Assembly: GCA_964016885.1 (NCBI GenBank)
Contig: OZ024741.1
Span: forward strand, 39,866,001-39,930,000
Length of the DNA stretch: 64,000 nucleotides
Source: Eledone cirrhosa
Taxonomy: Eukaryota
Reading direction: 5' to 3'
The position numbers and the translations under genes are program-made. Numbering within the stretch: position 1 is the first letter of the stretch; each line of letters begins with the position of its first letter. Below the pieces are notes generated by a model. The model saw nothing but the letters and a program-made list of their open reading frames with translations, did no database searches and was not told where the DNA came from. Below, one piece after another: positions 47,316 to 62,039 of this stretch.

Positions 47316-47588
47316 ATTATAAAAATGTTTAACATGTATGTCTACGTTTTAATCTTTTTTTTTCTCTTGTTTTCTTTCTGCTGTAAGTAAACAACAGACA
47401 GATGTTCTCAAATACCCTTGTAATAATATGAGGAGGCTATTAATATTGGAAAATCCAGAATTAGCCGTCGAAACGGCTTGAGCTCAGCCGTCGGGGTCCT
47501 ACTCGTTCCTATTACCCACTCTACTACCCTAAGTATTGAGTACTTTGGTGCGTTATGGTCCACCTGGTTCCTTACCACATTTCCTTCG

Positions 47589-47647
<59 letters not shown>

Positions 47648-48057
47648 TGTGTGTGTGTGTGTGTATATATATATAAAATTGAAAAAGTGAAGAATAACTG
47701 TACAAAAAAGGGTTTTATTTTTTTTGTACTGTTGACCATGTTCTTCTCCACTTTTTCAATTTTATTACTCCAAGATAAACTTACATAGGAATACAAGTGA
47801 AATCATAGACTCGCTATCTACGTAAACCCCTTGTTGAGTCAAACAACGCCGTACGCTAAAACTATCCATAATACGAAATATTCATAACCTCTAACTGGAT
47901 TACCTGTAAGGATATTTTGTTATCCCTTATATATATATATATATATATATAAGTCTGTCTCAAGCCCGGAGGCTCGTTTCCATAGCGTTAAGCGACTGAG
48001 AGCACAATACTCCCCCACTGGACAGGACGCCAGTGCCTCGCAGGGTTAAACTCACAG

Positions 48058-48119
<62 letters not shown>

Positions 48120-48173
48120 GAGTTTTACAGTAGATTTGAAGCACTCTACAGTAAAAAGATATTTTCCAGAGTT

Positions 48174-48517
48174 ATTAATATTAAAATATAAATATTAATA
48201 AAATAGATGTTCTTTTCATCAATTAAATGTTATTATACATATCTCAGAGGTACAACATTACGCCCTCATCAGACAAAATACAATGATACATGACATAACC
48301 TGAGATGTTAAATGGTTAAGATTTAATCAAGGTAGTGATTACTACCTTGATTAAATCACTACATTGATTAAATCTTAACCATTTAACATCTCAGGGTATG
48401 TCATCTATCATTATATTTTGTTGATGAGGACGTACTGTTGTACCTCTGAAATATGTATAATAAAATTTAATTGATCAAAAGAACATCTATTTTATTAATA
48501 TTTATATTTTAATATTA
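48174..48517. mobile_element. Fold-back element with two divergent HHR copies (48227-48279 -, 48415-48466 +)
   Basis: ~160 bp inverted arms; combined consensus attttgt-CTGATGA-gg..cctct-GAAAT-atgt-ATA-ataaaat; each arm has a different core lesion. Confidence 0.75.
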
Positions 48518-48530
48518 TATATATATATAA

Positions 48531-48777
48531 GTTTATCCCGGGTTCAATCGGGGGTAACCACAACAAAGTAGAGTAGAAATATTTAATATAGAAAAGGCTT
48601 CTACAGGACAAGAACTGTTTCATTCGGGAGAAATCATCAGGAAGCTTCCTGATGATTTCTCCCGAATGAAACAGTTCTTGTCTTGTAGAAGCCTTTTCTA
48701 TATTAAATATTTATACTCTTCTTTGTATTGAGTACCTTACTTGCTGTGGTTAGCCCCGATTGAACCCGGGATAAACG
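48531..48777. ncRNA. Palindrome of two back-to-back minimal hammerheads (48597-48645 -, 48644-48692 +)
   Basis: Centre gaagcttc; each arm gcttc-CTGATGA-tttctcccgaat-GAAACag-ttcttgtc-(c/t)tGTA-gaagc. Confidence 0.8.
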
Positions 48778-48917
48778 TTAAGGATGAAAGCAATGATTCT
48801 TTGCTTAAATTTAATCTGATCTTATAATAAATATTTGCTCTACGGGTTTATATACACATCATATATATATAATCCTAATCGAGCCCTCTTCGGATTTTAG
48901 TCTTCCCATTTATTATT

Positions 48918-48984
<67 letters not shown>

Positions 48985-48991
<7 letters not shown>

Positions 48992-50382
48992 GTAGTTTAG
49001 AAAGCCACAACAATGCAGATGGGAAATCTCGAGGTAGGAAGTGAGTGAGAAATAGGATAAAAGTGAAAATTGAGAGAAACGAAAAAACGAAAACCAAACA
49101 AAGGTAGAAGGGTTACCGTAGTGGAGATTTAATCCCAATATTTCGGGCTCACGCCCATCAACGGGGGGAAAGTTCGAAAAGGGGGGGAACAGGCTAAGCC
49201 GGAGAGAGTTGTATTTTCGTTAAAACTTAGGAATGCCGTTATGGGGAAAAATTCAAACGAGGGAAAGAATGCGCGTGCGCGTGATAGGCTGTGGCAAAAG
49301 CTACTGACCAATTGGGTTAAATCAATAGGGTGCGCTAGCGTGTGAAAGCCGTAAAATATGTGTGTGTAAATATATATGTGTGTGTAACTGTGTGTGTATA
49401 TGTGTATGTGTGTATGTATGTGAGTGTGTGTGTGTGAAAGATAGTGGGCTGTAGAAGCTGGAAGTCAAAGGGTATGAAAGGTGGTAGGTTGTATAAACAT
49501 GTGTGCGTGTAAAATATAGATGTGTGTGTGTGTGTGTGTATGTGTATGGGTATACATATAAGTGCGTGTGTGTGAAAGATAGTAGGCCGTGGGGGCTGTT
49601 ACTGGTCACTATGGTTAGATTAGCCATGTCAGTTCATTTCTCTCAGCCCGGTTGTTAAGTGGGGGTCTGAGGTTCTTAATAACAAGTGCTTCCTTTATCC
49701 TTAAGGATCCGATGCTGCGTTCAGTCGCTAGGACTGTGACCAAGGGTCTGCCCTGTGGGTTTCCGCATTTAAGGGTGTGTTTACGGAAGGAAGATGCGTT
49801 GGTGTTGACATATTCCTTGATACGAACATGTAGGGGTCGGATGGTGCTACCTATGTAAAACTTGTTACATTTATCGCATTGAATCTTATATACGACATAG
49901 GTGCGTAGGCAATCTGCCCCCCGTATCGGGCAGTTGCTGAGGGAACACGTCCCATCTGACTCGTCGGGTTTGGTGGAGAGGCATCTTCGGAGCGAAGGTC
50001 CTGTGTGGGCCAAATGTATGTCAAGTCCCTCCCTCCGTATGGCCCTGCGGATGGCGTTCGTGGTATATTCACTCAGGTGAGGGATTTAAAGAAGCACCTG
50101 CTTTTATCTAAGTTTCTAGTGGGTGTCTGTCTATTGGGTCTGGGGTCTCTAATTCTGTTAATCAGTCGCTTGGGATATCCATTAGACTTGAGTAGATTAC
50201 GGAATTGCCTGGTATGGGTGAGACCACCCATCGGGTCGCTGCATCTATTAGTGATCCGTGTAAGTTCATTTAGGGCATAGCCTCTCTTAGCGTTGTTGGG
50301 GAGGGCTGAGTTGTAATGCACAAATAAGTCCTTGCATGCTGCCTTGCTGTAGAAGGTGGTGTTTATGTCTCCTTCTTCCGAG
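48985..50382 (-). mobile_element. 5'-truncated Penelope-like element (RT thumb plus GIY-YIG endonuclease and 3' non-coding tail)
   Basis: ISEEGDINTTFYSKAACKDLFVHYNSALP...LKSNGYP (50073-50382) and CLRTYVVYKIQCDKCNKFYIGSTIRPLHVRIKEY...LRIKEALVIKNLRPPLN (49615-50013); frameshifted; (TA)n on both sides. Confidence 0.92.
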
Positions 50383-50676
50383 ATATATATATATATATAA
50401 ATACTTAGGTTAATAGGAGTTAGGTATTGTATACCCGTGTCCCATTAAGGTATTGGCAGCATAAATATATATATATATATATATAGTACAATTTAAAAAA
50501 ATATGATCAACACTAATGTGTTTTTTTTGCAAAATGACAATAATATTTTAGCCAGATAGAAATAAATTGAAATATATATATATATATATGAAAAAGTATG
50601 ACCCCACTCTACTACCCTAAGTATTGAGTACTCTGGTGCGTTATGGTCCATCTGGTTCCTTACCACAATTCCTTTG

Positions 50677-50809
<133 letters not shown>

Positions 50810-50974
50810 TTGTGTTACTCCTGTATACTCACAGGGACATTAGACAAGTTTGACGCCCCTATGAGTACACAGGATAAATTTCTCTAACAAAGCTGACCCC
50901 AATAAATAGTATAATAATTTCTACTACAGATTTGAGTGCACATTCTCACGACCGTCAAGACTAAGTGATATAGT

Positions 50975-51077
<103 letters not shown>

Positions 51078-52126
51078 GCACATTAATTTAGACATATATG
51101 TATGTGTGTGTGGATACATTTGAAATAATTCATCTTGTTTGTTAAATAATTACTGAAACATAATAAATGATTAAGTGAACCCAGCCTCGAAAGTCAGACA
51201 TTGTAATCGGAGATTATAACCAGATACAGCTATAAAGCTTGCCTACATACTTTCACCTTTCTTTTTTCATTTATGTATTTCTTTTTCATCGTGAAAGATC
51301 ATCTTCATTCAACACGTATTATTAATTAAGCTTGACAATTAATAATATCCGATATCCACCCGACAATTTTTAAGTGATATCCATCAATATGATATTAAAA
51401 AGAAAAATATTGCATCTAATATTACTATAACTTTATCTGGACAAGAATGAAGATTTGTCTTCGTTTTTCTATCTTAAGGGAAATAAAAATGGAAAATAAA
51501 ATATATTGGCGGAGATGAAGGGATGATATTTCGTTTTGAAAAGCTTAGGTTGTAGCGAAAGTCTAGCCAGGAGATTAAATGTTAATACTTATAATAACTT
51601 ACTATACTACTTATTAGCTTTGAGGTTATTTTAATATGAAAAGCTTCTGCTTGTATTGAAAAAGAATATGGATGTAGTGGAGAAGTTTGCTTCTGTTGCA
51701 AATTAAGTGTATCAGTGGGTTGCCTGTATAGCATAACATAACTAGCATATCATAAGTACAATAATTATCTGTCACTCTTTTAAGAAGAAGAAGAAGAATG
51801 ATAATATTAGTGATGGTGATGATGATTTCTACTTTAGGCACAAAGCCATTAATATTAGGCGATGGAATGTTGATTATATCACCCTCAGTATTTGAGTATT
51901 CTACAGCCGAATCGGCGTGACGTAATATATGACAGAACTGCACTTTTGACGATATTCCACACAGTTACCGTTTACTCAAAAGGTTTGCGTTAACAACTGG
52001 CGTCGGTAAAAACTTTTGTTCAAGATATCATGCAGTCGTATCGAACCCGGGATCTCATGACTGCGAAGCAAACATTTTAATGGCTATGTTCAACAACGAA
52101 TTTATACAAACGATTTCTCATTAAGA

Positions 52127-52305
52127 TAATTGTTTCTGCATTTGGCACAAGGCCTGCAATTACCCAGTACATTACTGGTACTTTATTTTATTGACCCCGT
52201 AAGGATGAAAGGCAAAGTTAACCTCGACGGGATTTGAACTCAGACCGTAAAGGGATGTAACTATGCTAGAAAACATGGCGTCCAACCTTCTACCGATATT
52301 GCCAA
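52127..52305 (-). mobile_element. SINE copy
   Basis: Family motifs. Confidence 0.85.
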
Positions 52306-53484
52306 ATAGATATGCGGTGATGGAATGTCACTCACCCATCAATTCTCAGTTTTGTCTCTCTCCCATCACCTCACCATCTGCCAAGTGCTGCACCTTAATA
52401 CAACTGGAGTGTACAATATTATCTCAGTTATTCCAGTATAAAAGAAAGAAAAATACCATTTCCACATTATAATCCGCGATTATATTATTGAGTGTTTCGT
52501 ATTTATTATAAATTTACCATTCAAGAATTACTGTATCCGCTGTTCCCGAACTGCAGTTTTCCTCCACAAAATTGAGAAGAGAGCATAACACCTGACGATG
52601 TAGAAGGAGTGGATGATGGATTGGATGTCTCTGATTGTTTTCCACGGCAATGCTTTCAATATTTTTTCCACCGGGTTCAGCAGAGTTATACCGTCTAGAC
52701 TAGTCAGCTAATTCAGCTCCTTCTCCCTTCATTACCTCAATTTTTATTATTTTTATTACAAACAATATGTAATTTAATCAAACATACCGTACTAGGTATG
52801 GTATTTCGGAATAATCGTTAATCAAATAAAACTAAATTAATTTATTATAAAATACCATTCTAGTTGGATATGCATCTCTTCTTGTTTACAACTAAAATTT
52901 ATTTCTGTAAAATCAGATCTATTAGAGACTTGCTCTCTTATGTCACATAGCAACGGTGTTTGTTCTTGAGGACATCAACTAAATCTACATCTGTCTCCTT
53001 TGCTCTACATATACTCATACTGCTACTCCTAATCCTGCATCGTCTCTCCATTTTCTTTTTTCTGTTGGGTCGGATGTCTCTTGTCAGAAACTACTATTAC
53101 GAGTTCGTAGGTTGATTTATTCGTAAGTTGATCGTCTAACAAAGTATGTACCAGTAAGTCCATATGTGTTTCATTGATAATGCAGGTTTCCATATGAGTG
53201 ATATATATATGTATGTATATATATATATATATATATATATAACGAAGGAGTTGTGGTAAGGAACCAGATGGACCTTAACGCACCAGAGTACTCAATACTT
53301 AGGGTAGTAGAGTGGGTAATAGGAAAATGTATGACCCCGACGGCAGAGCTCAAGCCGTTTCGACGGCTATTTCTGGTAGCTAGAAATAGCCGTCAAAACG
53401 GCTTGCTCTCTGCCGTCGGGGTCATACATTTTCCTATATATATATATATATATACACAGAATAAAGAGGTATATATAACATCTA

Positions 53485-53665
53485 ATAATTGTTTCTACTA
53501 TTGGCACAAGGCCACCAATTACCCAGTACTTTATTTTATCGACCCCCATAAGGATGAAAGGCAAAGTTAACCTAGGCGGGATTTGAACTCAGAATGGCAA
53601 GGGCCGTAACTTCTATGCGTCAAAGCATGGCGTCCGACCCTCTACCGAAACTTCCAATCCACATA
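53485..53665 (-). mobile_element. SINE copy
   Basis: Family motifs; acatctaataat on both sides may be a TSD. Confidence 0.85.
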
Positions 53666-54002
53666 ACATCTAATAATGAATTTAAATACCGTAAAGATAA
53701 TGACAATAAATTGTTTAAGAAAAAAAAGAAAAATGTTTTAATTTTGCGAAAACAGAATGGTGTCCCATACGGTAGATACCATTTCGACTGTTTTTGTACT
53801 GCAAAAGAAGGAAGCCAGAGTCTTCGTGAGACTGGTCGTATCTGTATCGTAAGTTCGTAAGTAGGACATAATTTACCGATTCACGAAAATAATAATAACT
53901 GACTCTGCCAATCTGCAAGATTTGGAACACAGGTCTAAAGAACCGAAACTAAATGTGGCACGACTTTATCTTCAGTGATCTAATGATTCTGCCATACAAC
54001 AA

Positions 54003-54084
<82 letters not shown>

Positions 54085-54286
54085 TGTTGTTGTTGTTGTT
54101 GTTGTTGTCGTAGTATTAGTAGTATTAGTAGTTGTTGTTGTTATTGTTGTCGTATTAGTAGTAGTAGTTGTAGTAGTAGTAGCTAATCTCCTACATATAT
54201 GTTATCTACGGAGAGAATATTTCGTATTAAATCCGGCTCATATGGACGTCCAATGGATTATATCTATCAGCAAAAGACTTCCTTTA

Positions 54287-54670
54287 ATAATTGTTTCTAC
54301 TTTTGGCACAAGGCCAGCAAACACCCAGTGCATTACTGGTACTTTATGTTATCGACCCCGTAAAGATGAAAGGCAAAGTTAACCTCGGTGGGATTTGAAC
54401 TGAGACCGTAAAGGGCCGTAACTCTATGCTGAAAAGCATAGCGTCTGACCCTCTACCAATATTGCCAATCCACTTCCTTTAATAATTGTTTCTACTTTTA
54501 GCACAAGGCCAGTATTATCCAGTATATTACTGGTACTTTTTTTTATTGACCCCATAAGGATGAAAGGCAAAGTTAACCTCGGCAGGATTTGAACTCAGAT
54601 CATAAAGGGCCGTAACTCTTTGCGGCAAATCATGGCGTCCGACCCTCTACCGATACTGGCAATCCACCAC
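54287..54670 (-). mobile_element. Two tandem SINE copies separated and flanked by acttcctttaataat
   Basis: The same ~15 bp flank occurs at 54277, 54472 and 54671. Confidence 0.85.
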
Positions 54671-54833
54671 ACTTCCTTTAATAATAACTAGCAGAATGGC
54701 CCGGCGTTGCTCGGGATTTACTCTAGGGTTCTTATATATTTGATATATATTTATCCTTATCGAGCCTCGTGAAATAAATACATTTGTTTATATATTGTTA
54801 TTGTGTATGCAAAAATATGTGTATACTAATATA

Positions 54834-54892
<59 letters not shown>

Positions 54893-54925
54893 CCATATAT
54901 ATAATACCTATATATATATATATAT

Positions 54926-55709
54926 ATCACGATAAATTAACGGAGGCATAGGCCCTCGCTATTCCCTGTAAATAATGTGCCCAAAGGAGAAGCGATCCTG
55001 AGCTCTTTAAAATACAATATGTTGAAAAGGTAACACACCAGAGAGAGATATACAGTGCGTTATCAATAAAATAGTTTCCATACACTGGTGGTTTTTTTCC
55101 CTGTTTTATTGATAATGCACTGTATATCTCTCTCTGGTGTGTTACCTTTTCAACATATTGTATTTTAAAGAGCTCAGGATCTCTTCTCCTTTGAGCACAT
55201 TATTTACAGGAAATAGCGAGGGCCTATGCCTCCGTTAATTTATCGTGATATTTTGCTCCTAATAACAGTCTTTCCTAACTCTGTTTGGTTGAGCACACTT
55301 CTCTGAGTGGCTTTGGGCTGCCCTTTCTAGCAGTTCGTCCCTCAGAGGCCACTGGTTCACTGCCCTTAAACACGCTGTGACTTCTCTCTCCCACGTGTAG
55401 CTGGACAGTCAATTTTAAAATTCTCTTAGTGTTGTCTGAAATGTATAGCCTTACACACGCTGATGAACCGAGGCTAACCCATTTCTTTCAACAAATTATT
55501 GGTGAAACATATCTTTGGATTAGTGTCTTTGGATTTGTACGTGTGTTATATAGTTATAGAGGTATTTATTTACGCTTTAATTTATATTTTTAATTATTGT
55601 GTCTATAGTCTGCCTTTCATAGGTTATAGATTCCATACACTGGTGGTTTTATTGATAACGCACTGTATATCTCTCTCTGGTGTGTTACCTTTTCAACATA
55701 TTGTATTTT
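54926..55709 (+). mobile_element. HHR element with a ~555 bp unit, terminal direct redundancy and a 5' inverted arm
   Basis: 55076-55167 repeats at 55631-55709; 54926-55070 is the reverse complement of 55104-55249; (TA)n flanks. Confidence 0.85.
55453..55546 (+). ncRNA. Complete type I hammerhead ribozyme
   Basis: acacacg-CTGATGA-accga...ttggt-GAAAC-atatc...gattt-GTA-cgtgtgt; all three stems pair. Confidence 0.85.
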
Positions 55710-55724
55710 ATATATATATATATA

Positions 55725-57332
55725 AGATAAGATCAAAAGATGGTTAAAAGAGTTCCAAGTATTTTATTATGCGCATTTCAAAAACAAATATCATCATGGG
55801 ATGACATCTGCGTTCTCATCAGATAAAACAGGGAGACATGATATGAAGCTTAAAAAACACTTGTGAGCAGTGAAGTTTTAAATCAACATATGAAAAATAA
55901 ACTAAGATGGATATATGAGATAGGGAAAAAAATGAGGGAGGGGAGTAGGAAAAGGTAAGGAAGAGGAAGAAAGAAAAATAAAGGATGGTGGGGGAGGAGT
56001 ATAAGAAGGAAGGATGAGAGAGGAGGAGAAATGAGTGATAGAGAGAGAGAAATAACCTTTACAAGTGAGAAAACATTGTCTCACAGAGATAAATTAAAAG
56101 TTAATGAGATTTATGGATGAAGAAAAAGGAAGTAAGAATAGTATTAAATTAAGGTTTTTATATTGAAGGGTTTAATAATATGTGCGAAAAAAAGAATTTA
56201 TTAATATGTATTATTAAAATAAAAATATTAATGATATTAAGGATATAATGTGAAAGAAAGAGACGAATAAATGAATTATGAACTTAGAGGAATTAGTTAG
56301 GGTTTAAGTTTGTTTTTATGTATTGTAATATGTAAACGTAAATAGTAGGTTTAAAACGAGCACGGAATGAGAGAAGAAAAAAGAAAGTTTAAGTAGGAAA
56401 ATATCTAACGTCAAAAAGTATATATGTTTACGAAAATTTTCTAATGGTAATATTATAATATATATAATATATTAAAAAAAGGAATTAGTTAGGGTTTAAG
56501 TTTGTTTTTATGTATTGTAATATGTAAAAGTAAAAGTAAATAATAGGTTTAAAACGAGCACGGAAGGAGAGAAGAAAAAAGAAAAATTTAAGGTAGAAAA
56601 AAATATCTAACGTCAAAAAGTATATATGTTTACGAAAATTTCCTAATGGTAATATTATAATATATTTAAAAAATATAGTTTTAATGGCCAATAAACTTTG
56701 CCTTTCATCCTTACAGGTCGATAAAATAAAGTACCAGTAATGTACTGTGTAATTGCAGGCTTTGTGCCAAAAGTAGAAACAATTATTATTAATAGATAGA
56801 GAAAAAGGAGCATTATACCAAATAATATTTTTGTATCTAGGTCTTTCATTTAAGTTACTGGAATGTTCATAATTAACTATTTTACTATAAGACCTTCGAT
56901 GATTGGTTTCCTTACTGTATTTAATTGGATCAGGATAACCGACTTTGGAAAGCACATTATCATAGTAATTGGCATTAGCGTCGAAGATATCTTTATTAGA
57001 GGATAGATTTGAGATTCTTTTTCAATATTACTGACTATAGCATTTTTAACGTTAGTGGGGTGGTTAGATTTAAAATTAACATAATTTAGATTCTCATTGT
57101 TTTATTGGTAAGGGTAATATAGGCCAGTGTCAAGATTAAGGGATATATCCAAGAAGTTAGCTAGTTTGACGTTGTTATCAAATTCAACTTTAAGGTTATG
57201 GTGCTTAAATAGATCACGTATATTGTTCTTAATAATATTAAGGTTAACTAAGTTGCAGTTTAAGGCAGTAAAAAGGCCATCGTCACGATAAATGCGCATA
57301 ATAAAATACTTGGAACTCTTTTAACCGTCTTT
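55725..57332 (-). mobile_element. 5'-truncated Penelope-like element with an HHR in its 3' repeat and an inverted terminal copy; SINE fragment inserted at 56693-56790
   Basis: IYRDDGLF...ANFLDISLNLDTGLYYPY (57102-57299), NYVNFKSNHP, KNIIWYNAPFS; 57290-57330 is the reverse complement of 55728-55778. Confidence 0.85.
55762..55828 (-). ncRNA. PLE-associated type I HHR (AUA triplet)
   Basis: ttttat-CTGATGA-gaac...gttttt-GAAAT-gcgc-ATA-ataaaa; palindromic stem III ATGCGCAT. Confidence 0.8.
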
Positions 57333-57430
57333 TGATCTTATATTATTTATACTCCAGTCCTACAAACTGTAGAGTGCTACTTATCCGATATTTCCATTGC
57401 TTTATTGTGCTACAATAAAACTCACCTCCT

Positions 57431-57514
<84 letters not shown>

Positions 57515-57692
57515 CAGTACAGAGAAGTACGGAATAGCATGGCCTCGGGATGTTGTCTACATTTTGTGCTTATAAAAAAAATTCGTCGTACTTTAACTGG
57601 GTTTTTTCCGTGCGAAGAAAATAAATACTTTATCGCGAAATAAATACTTTTGTTATTGTGTATGCAACACTATCTGTACACGAATATATAAT

Positions 57693-58938
<1,246 letters not shown>

Positions 58939-58944
58939 GATTAA

Positions 58945-58995
58945 AGTTTAAGCAAAGAATCGTGGCTTTCACCCTTAACGGGATCTTCTGAAACT
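58945..58995 (-). ncRNA. HHR-like motif with CAGAAGA core and CUU triplet
   Basis: agttt-CAGAAGA-tcccgttaagggt-GAAAG-ccacgattctttg-CTT-aaact. Confidence 0.55.
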
Positions 58996-59081
58996 AAAAT
59001 TTAAAAAATCAATCTGTGAACGCAAAAGTAAATATTTCGAAAAACGTTACACACTCTATATATATACACACACTATACACA

Positions 59082-59199
<118 letters not shown>

Positions 59200-59281
59200 T
59201 CACACGCACACACACAGCTACGTTATAATGTCATTATGCAGACATCAGGCATACAGACAGATATTTAAAAAGAGAAAGACT

Positions 59282-59345
<64 letters not shown>

Positions 59346-59586
59346 CTAAATCGCCTAGGGCATTGAAAATTTGAAATTTCTTTTGCTCAGAACACTCAAT
59401 AGGGCCATAAGTATTACATGTGTAAAGTTTGAAAACAATCGCTCTGGTGGTTCTCGAGTTTTAGTGATTGTACAGACAGACGGACAGACAGACAAACAGA
59501 CATTTTCTGTTTTAGTAATATAGATAGTTCAGAGGTAGTCATGTTGAAGTTAAAATATTTTACCGGATGAAGACGTATCAAACCAC

Positions 59587-59789
59587 CAGACCTGCCAACC
59601 TCTAAAAACCCAAACGGAGAGTACAATGAAAAAAGGTCCCAAAACGGAGAAAAGCGAGGCAAAATGGGGAGGTTATACATAATGAAAGCTATACCCATAT
59701 TTCACAAGAGAAGAAATCTCTCACATCTCACACACACACCAAAGTAGGTGGCAGATCTCCCTGTCAGACGGGAAGAGTTGACAGGTCTG
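59587..59789 (-). mobile_element. MITE, second copy, 6 bp TSD aaccac
   Basis: aaccac|cagacctgccaac ... gttgacaggtctg|aaccac. Confidence 0.85.
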
Positions 59790-60412
59790 AACCACTACAT
59801 GGCTGTGTCGTGGTTATGGCCAAACATGCTAATCCAGCGAAGTACAAACAGGTCCTCTGATTTGTATAAAGACCATCACTATAAGTAGTACTATATCCAT
59901 ATAGCAATAGATAAAGCCAAAATAGAGGTATTTTTATATAATATGGTCTAACAGTTCTGTATCTCGAGCAGCCGGACTTAATCAATCGTCCAGGTTCTCT
60001 GCCTAGTCACCTGTAACTTCTCATGTTATATTAAGTTCTTTAATACTATCGCGCCCTGTATTCTTTGATTGTTCCATTTTCATTCTTCATTCTGGTGATA
60101 ATCTCTAGAGATAATCTCTACCACTCAAGAAAAAGAAACAGTTCACACAATGGACTTCCACGCTGTTTTCGCCAAACAATTGTCTCTCACAAGGATTCGA
60201 TTGACTTCTGCATATGATAAGAAACTTGGTTAAGTAGTGCATCGAACAATATAGACACACACTACATAGTTTGGAAGCAAAATTAATAACTCCATACCTA
60301 TGCTGATTTGAACGTAACGAGGCCTTAGTAAAAGAAACCAAAGAATTTTATCTAGTGCTCCATCGATGTCGCATATTGGAAATTCCGAAATTCCAATATT
60401 GATCTATATACC

Positions 60413-60483
<71 letters not shown>

Positions 60484-60597
60484 ATGTGGTTGACGACTGA
60501 GAGGAAAAGAAGTTTGTCTGATTACACTGTGATAAACAGGCGACACTCCAGAGTAATAAGATTCACTATTTAACCTTATTAAAATGAATATATATAT

Positions 60598-60744
60598 ACT
60601 AGCAGAATGGCCCGGCGTTGCTCGAGATTTGCTCTAGGGTTCTTATATATTTGATATATATTTATCCTTATCGAGCCCCTTGAAATAAATACGTTTGTTT
60701 ATATTTTGTTATTGTGTATGCAAAAATATCTGTACATGAATATA

Positions 60745-60799
<55 letters not shown>

Positions 60800-60994
60800 C
60801 GTTTCTGAATTTGTTTAGCAAGATTCTTTATCTGATAACGTGTGTTGAAACCGATATTGCTATACTTTGGGACGGTCATGTTGCCAATAAGAAACACACG
60901 CACCAGTTGCTTTCACTCCAATTTATTATAAATTTAATTTATAATAAATTGGAGTGAATATATGTGTATATATGTGTATATATGTATATATATA

Positions 60995-61062
<68 letters not shown>

Positions 61063-61390
61063 TATATATATATACATATATACACACACACACATATAGC
61101 GTCATAATGTCGCAATGCAGACAGCCAGACATACAGACAGATATCATAAAGGCGCAACGTTATATCTATCTATCTATCTAAAAAGAAGGACTAAGAATTA
61201 TAGAGAGAAATCACTAAATCGCCTAATGCGGTCCCTAGGGTATGGAAAATTTGAAATTATTTTGCTCAAAACACTCACAGGACCATAAGTATTACATGTG
61301 TAAAATTTGAAAAAAATCGGTTGGGTGGTTCTCGAGTCTTAGGGAGTCAGACAGGCAGACAGACATTCTCTGTTTTAGATATATAGATAT
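60598..61390 (+). mobile_element. Non-autonomous Helentron/DINE-like element; an expanded sister copy spans 54688-59526
   Basis: 5' actagcagaatggcccggcgttgctcg(a/g)g; 3' block aaaatttgaaa...ggtggttctcgagt...(cagac)n...atatagat shared between 59345-59526 and 61215-61390; internal microsatellites. Confidence 0.65.
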
Positions 61391-61428
61391 ATTAGTATTG
61401 GTGCTCTGAAATAGCGATGTATACATTC

Positions 61429-61498
<70 letters not shown>

Positions 61499-61584
61499 TA
61501 TACATCCATTCATGTATATATATATATATATATATATATAAAGAGAGATGTGAGAAAAACCACAGACCCTCCATCTCAACTCTA

Positions 61585-61620
61585 CTTTCGAAAAGCAGAA
61601 GAACTGCGAAACCGGTAAAG
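61585..61620 (+). ncRNA. Minimal HHR, sister of 31488-31525 (element 61546-61755)
   Basis: ctt-TCGAAAA-gcag-aagaa-ctgc-GAAAC-cg-GTA-aag. Confidence 0.6.
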
Positions 61621-61770
61621 AAACCAAATAAATATATATATTTTAAAAATAAGACTCCAGTTGCATTTTCGATTTCATCTTCTTTTCTTTATACTTTCAC
61701 TCGTGTAGGACACCTCGGTTATTTTTCATTTTGTAAAAAAAACCTCACTTTCTAATATATATATATATAT

Positions 61771-61819
<49 letters not shown>

Positions 61820-62039
61820 CAGACTGTAGGAAAGAGAAATACGATGAGACTCTCCATTTTCTGTCCTCCATATTCCACACAATGCATCAGTCAACTCGAG
61901 GCTTTGGTAGAATATACTTGCAGTATCTTTTATGGAGCAGCCCTAAAGCTAGAACCAGGTGGCTGTGAAGAGAACATCTTAACCAAACATAAGTACCTAC
62001 GCCTATGTTAGCTATGCTACAGAATCCCCATCCTACCTG

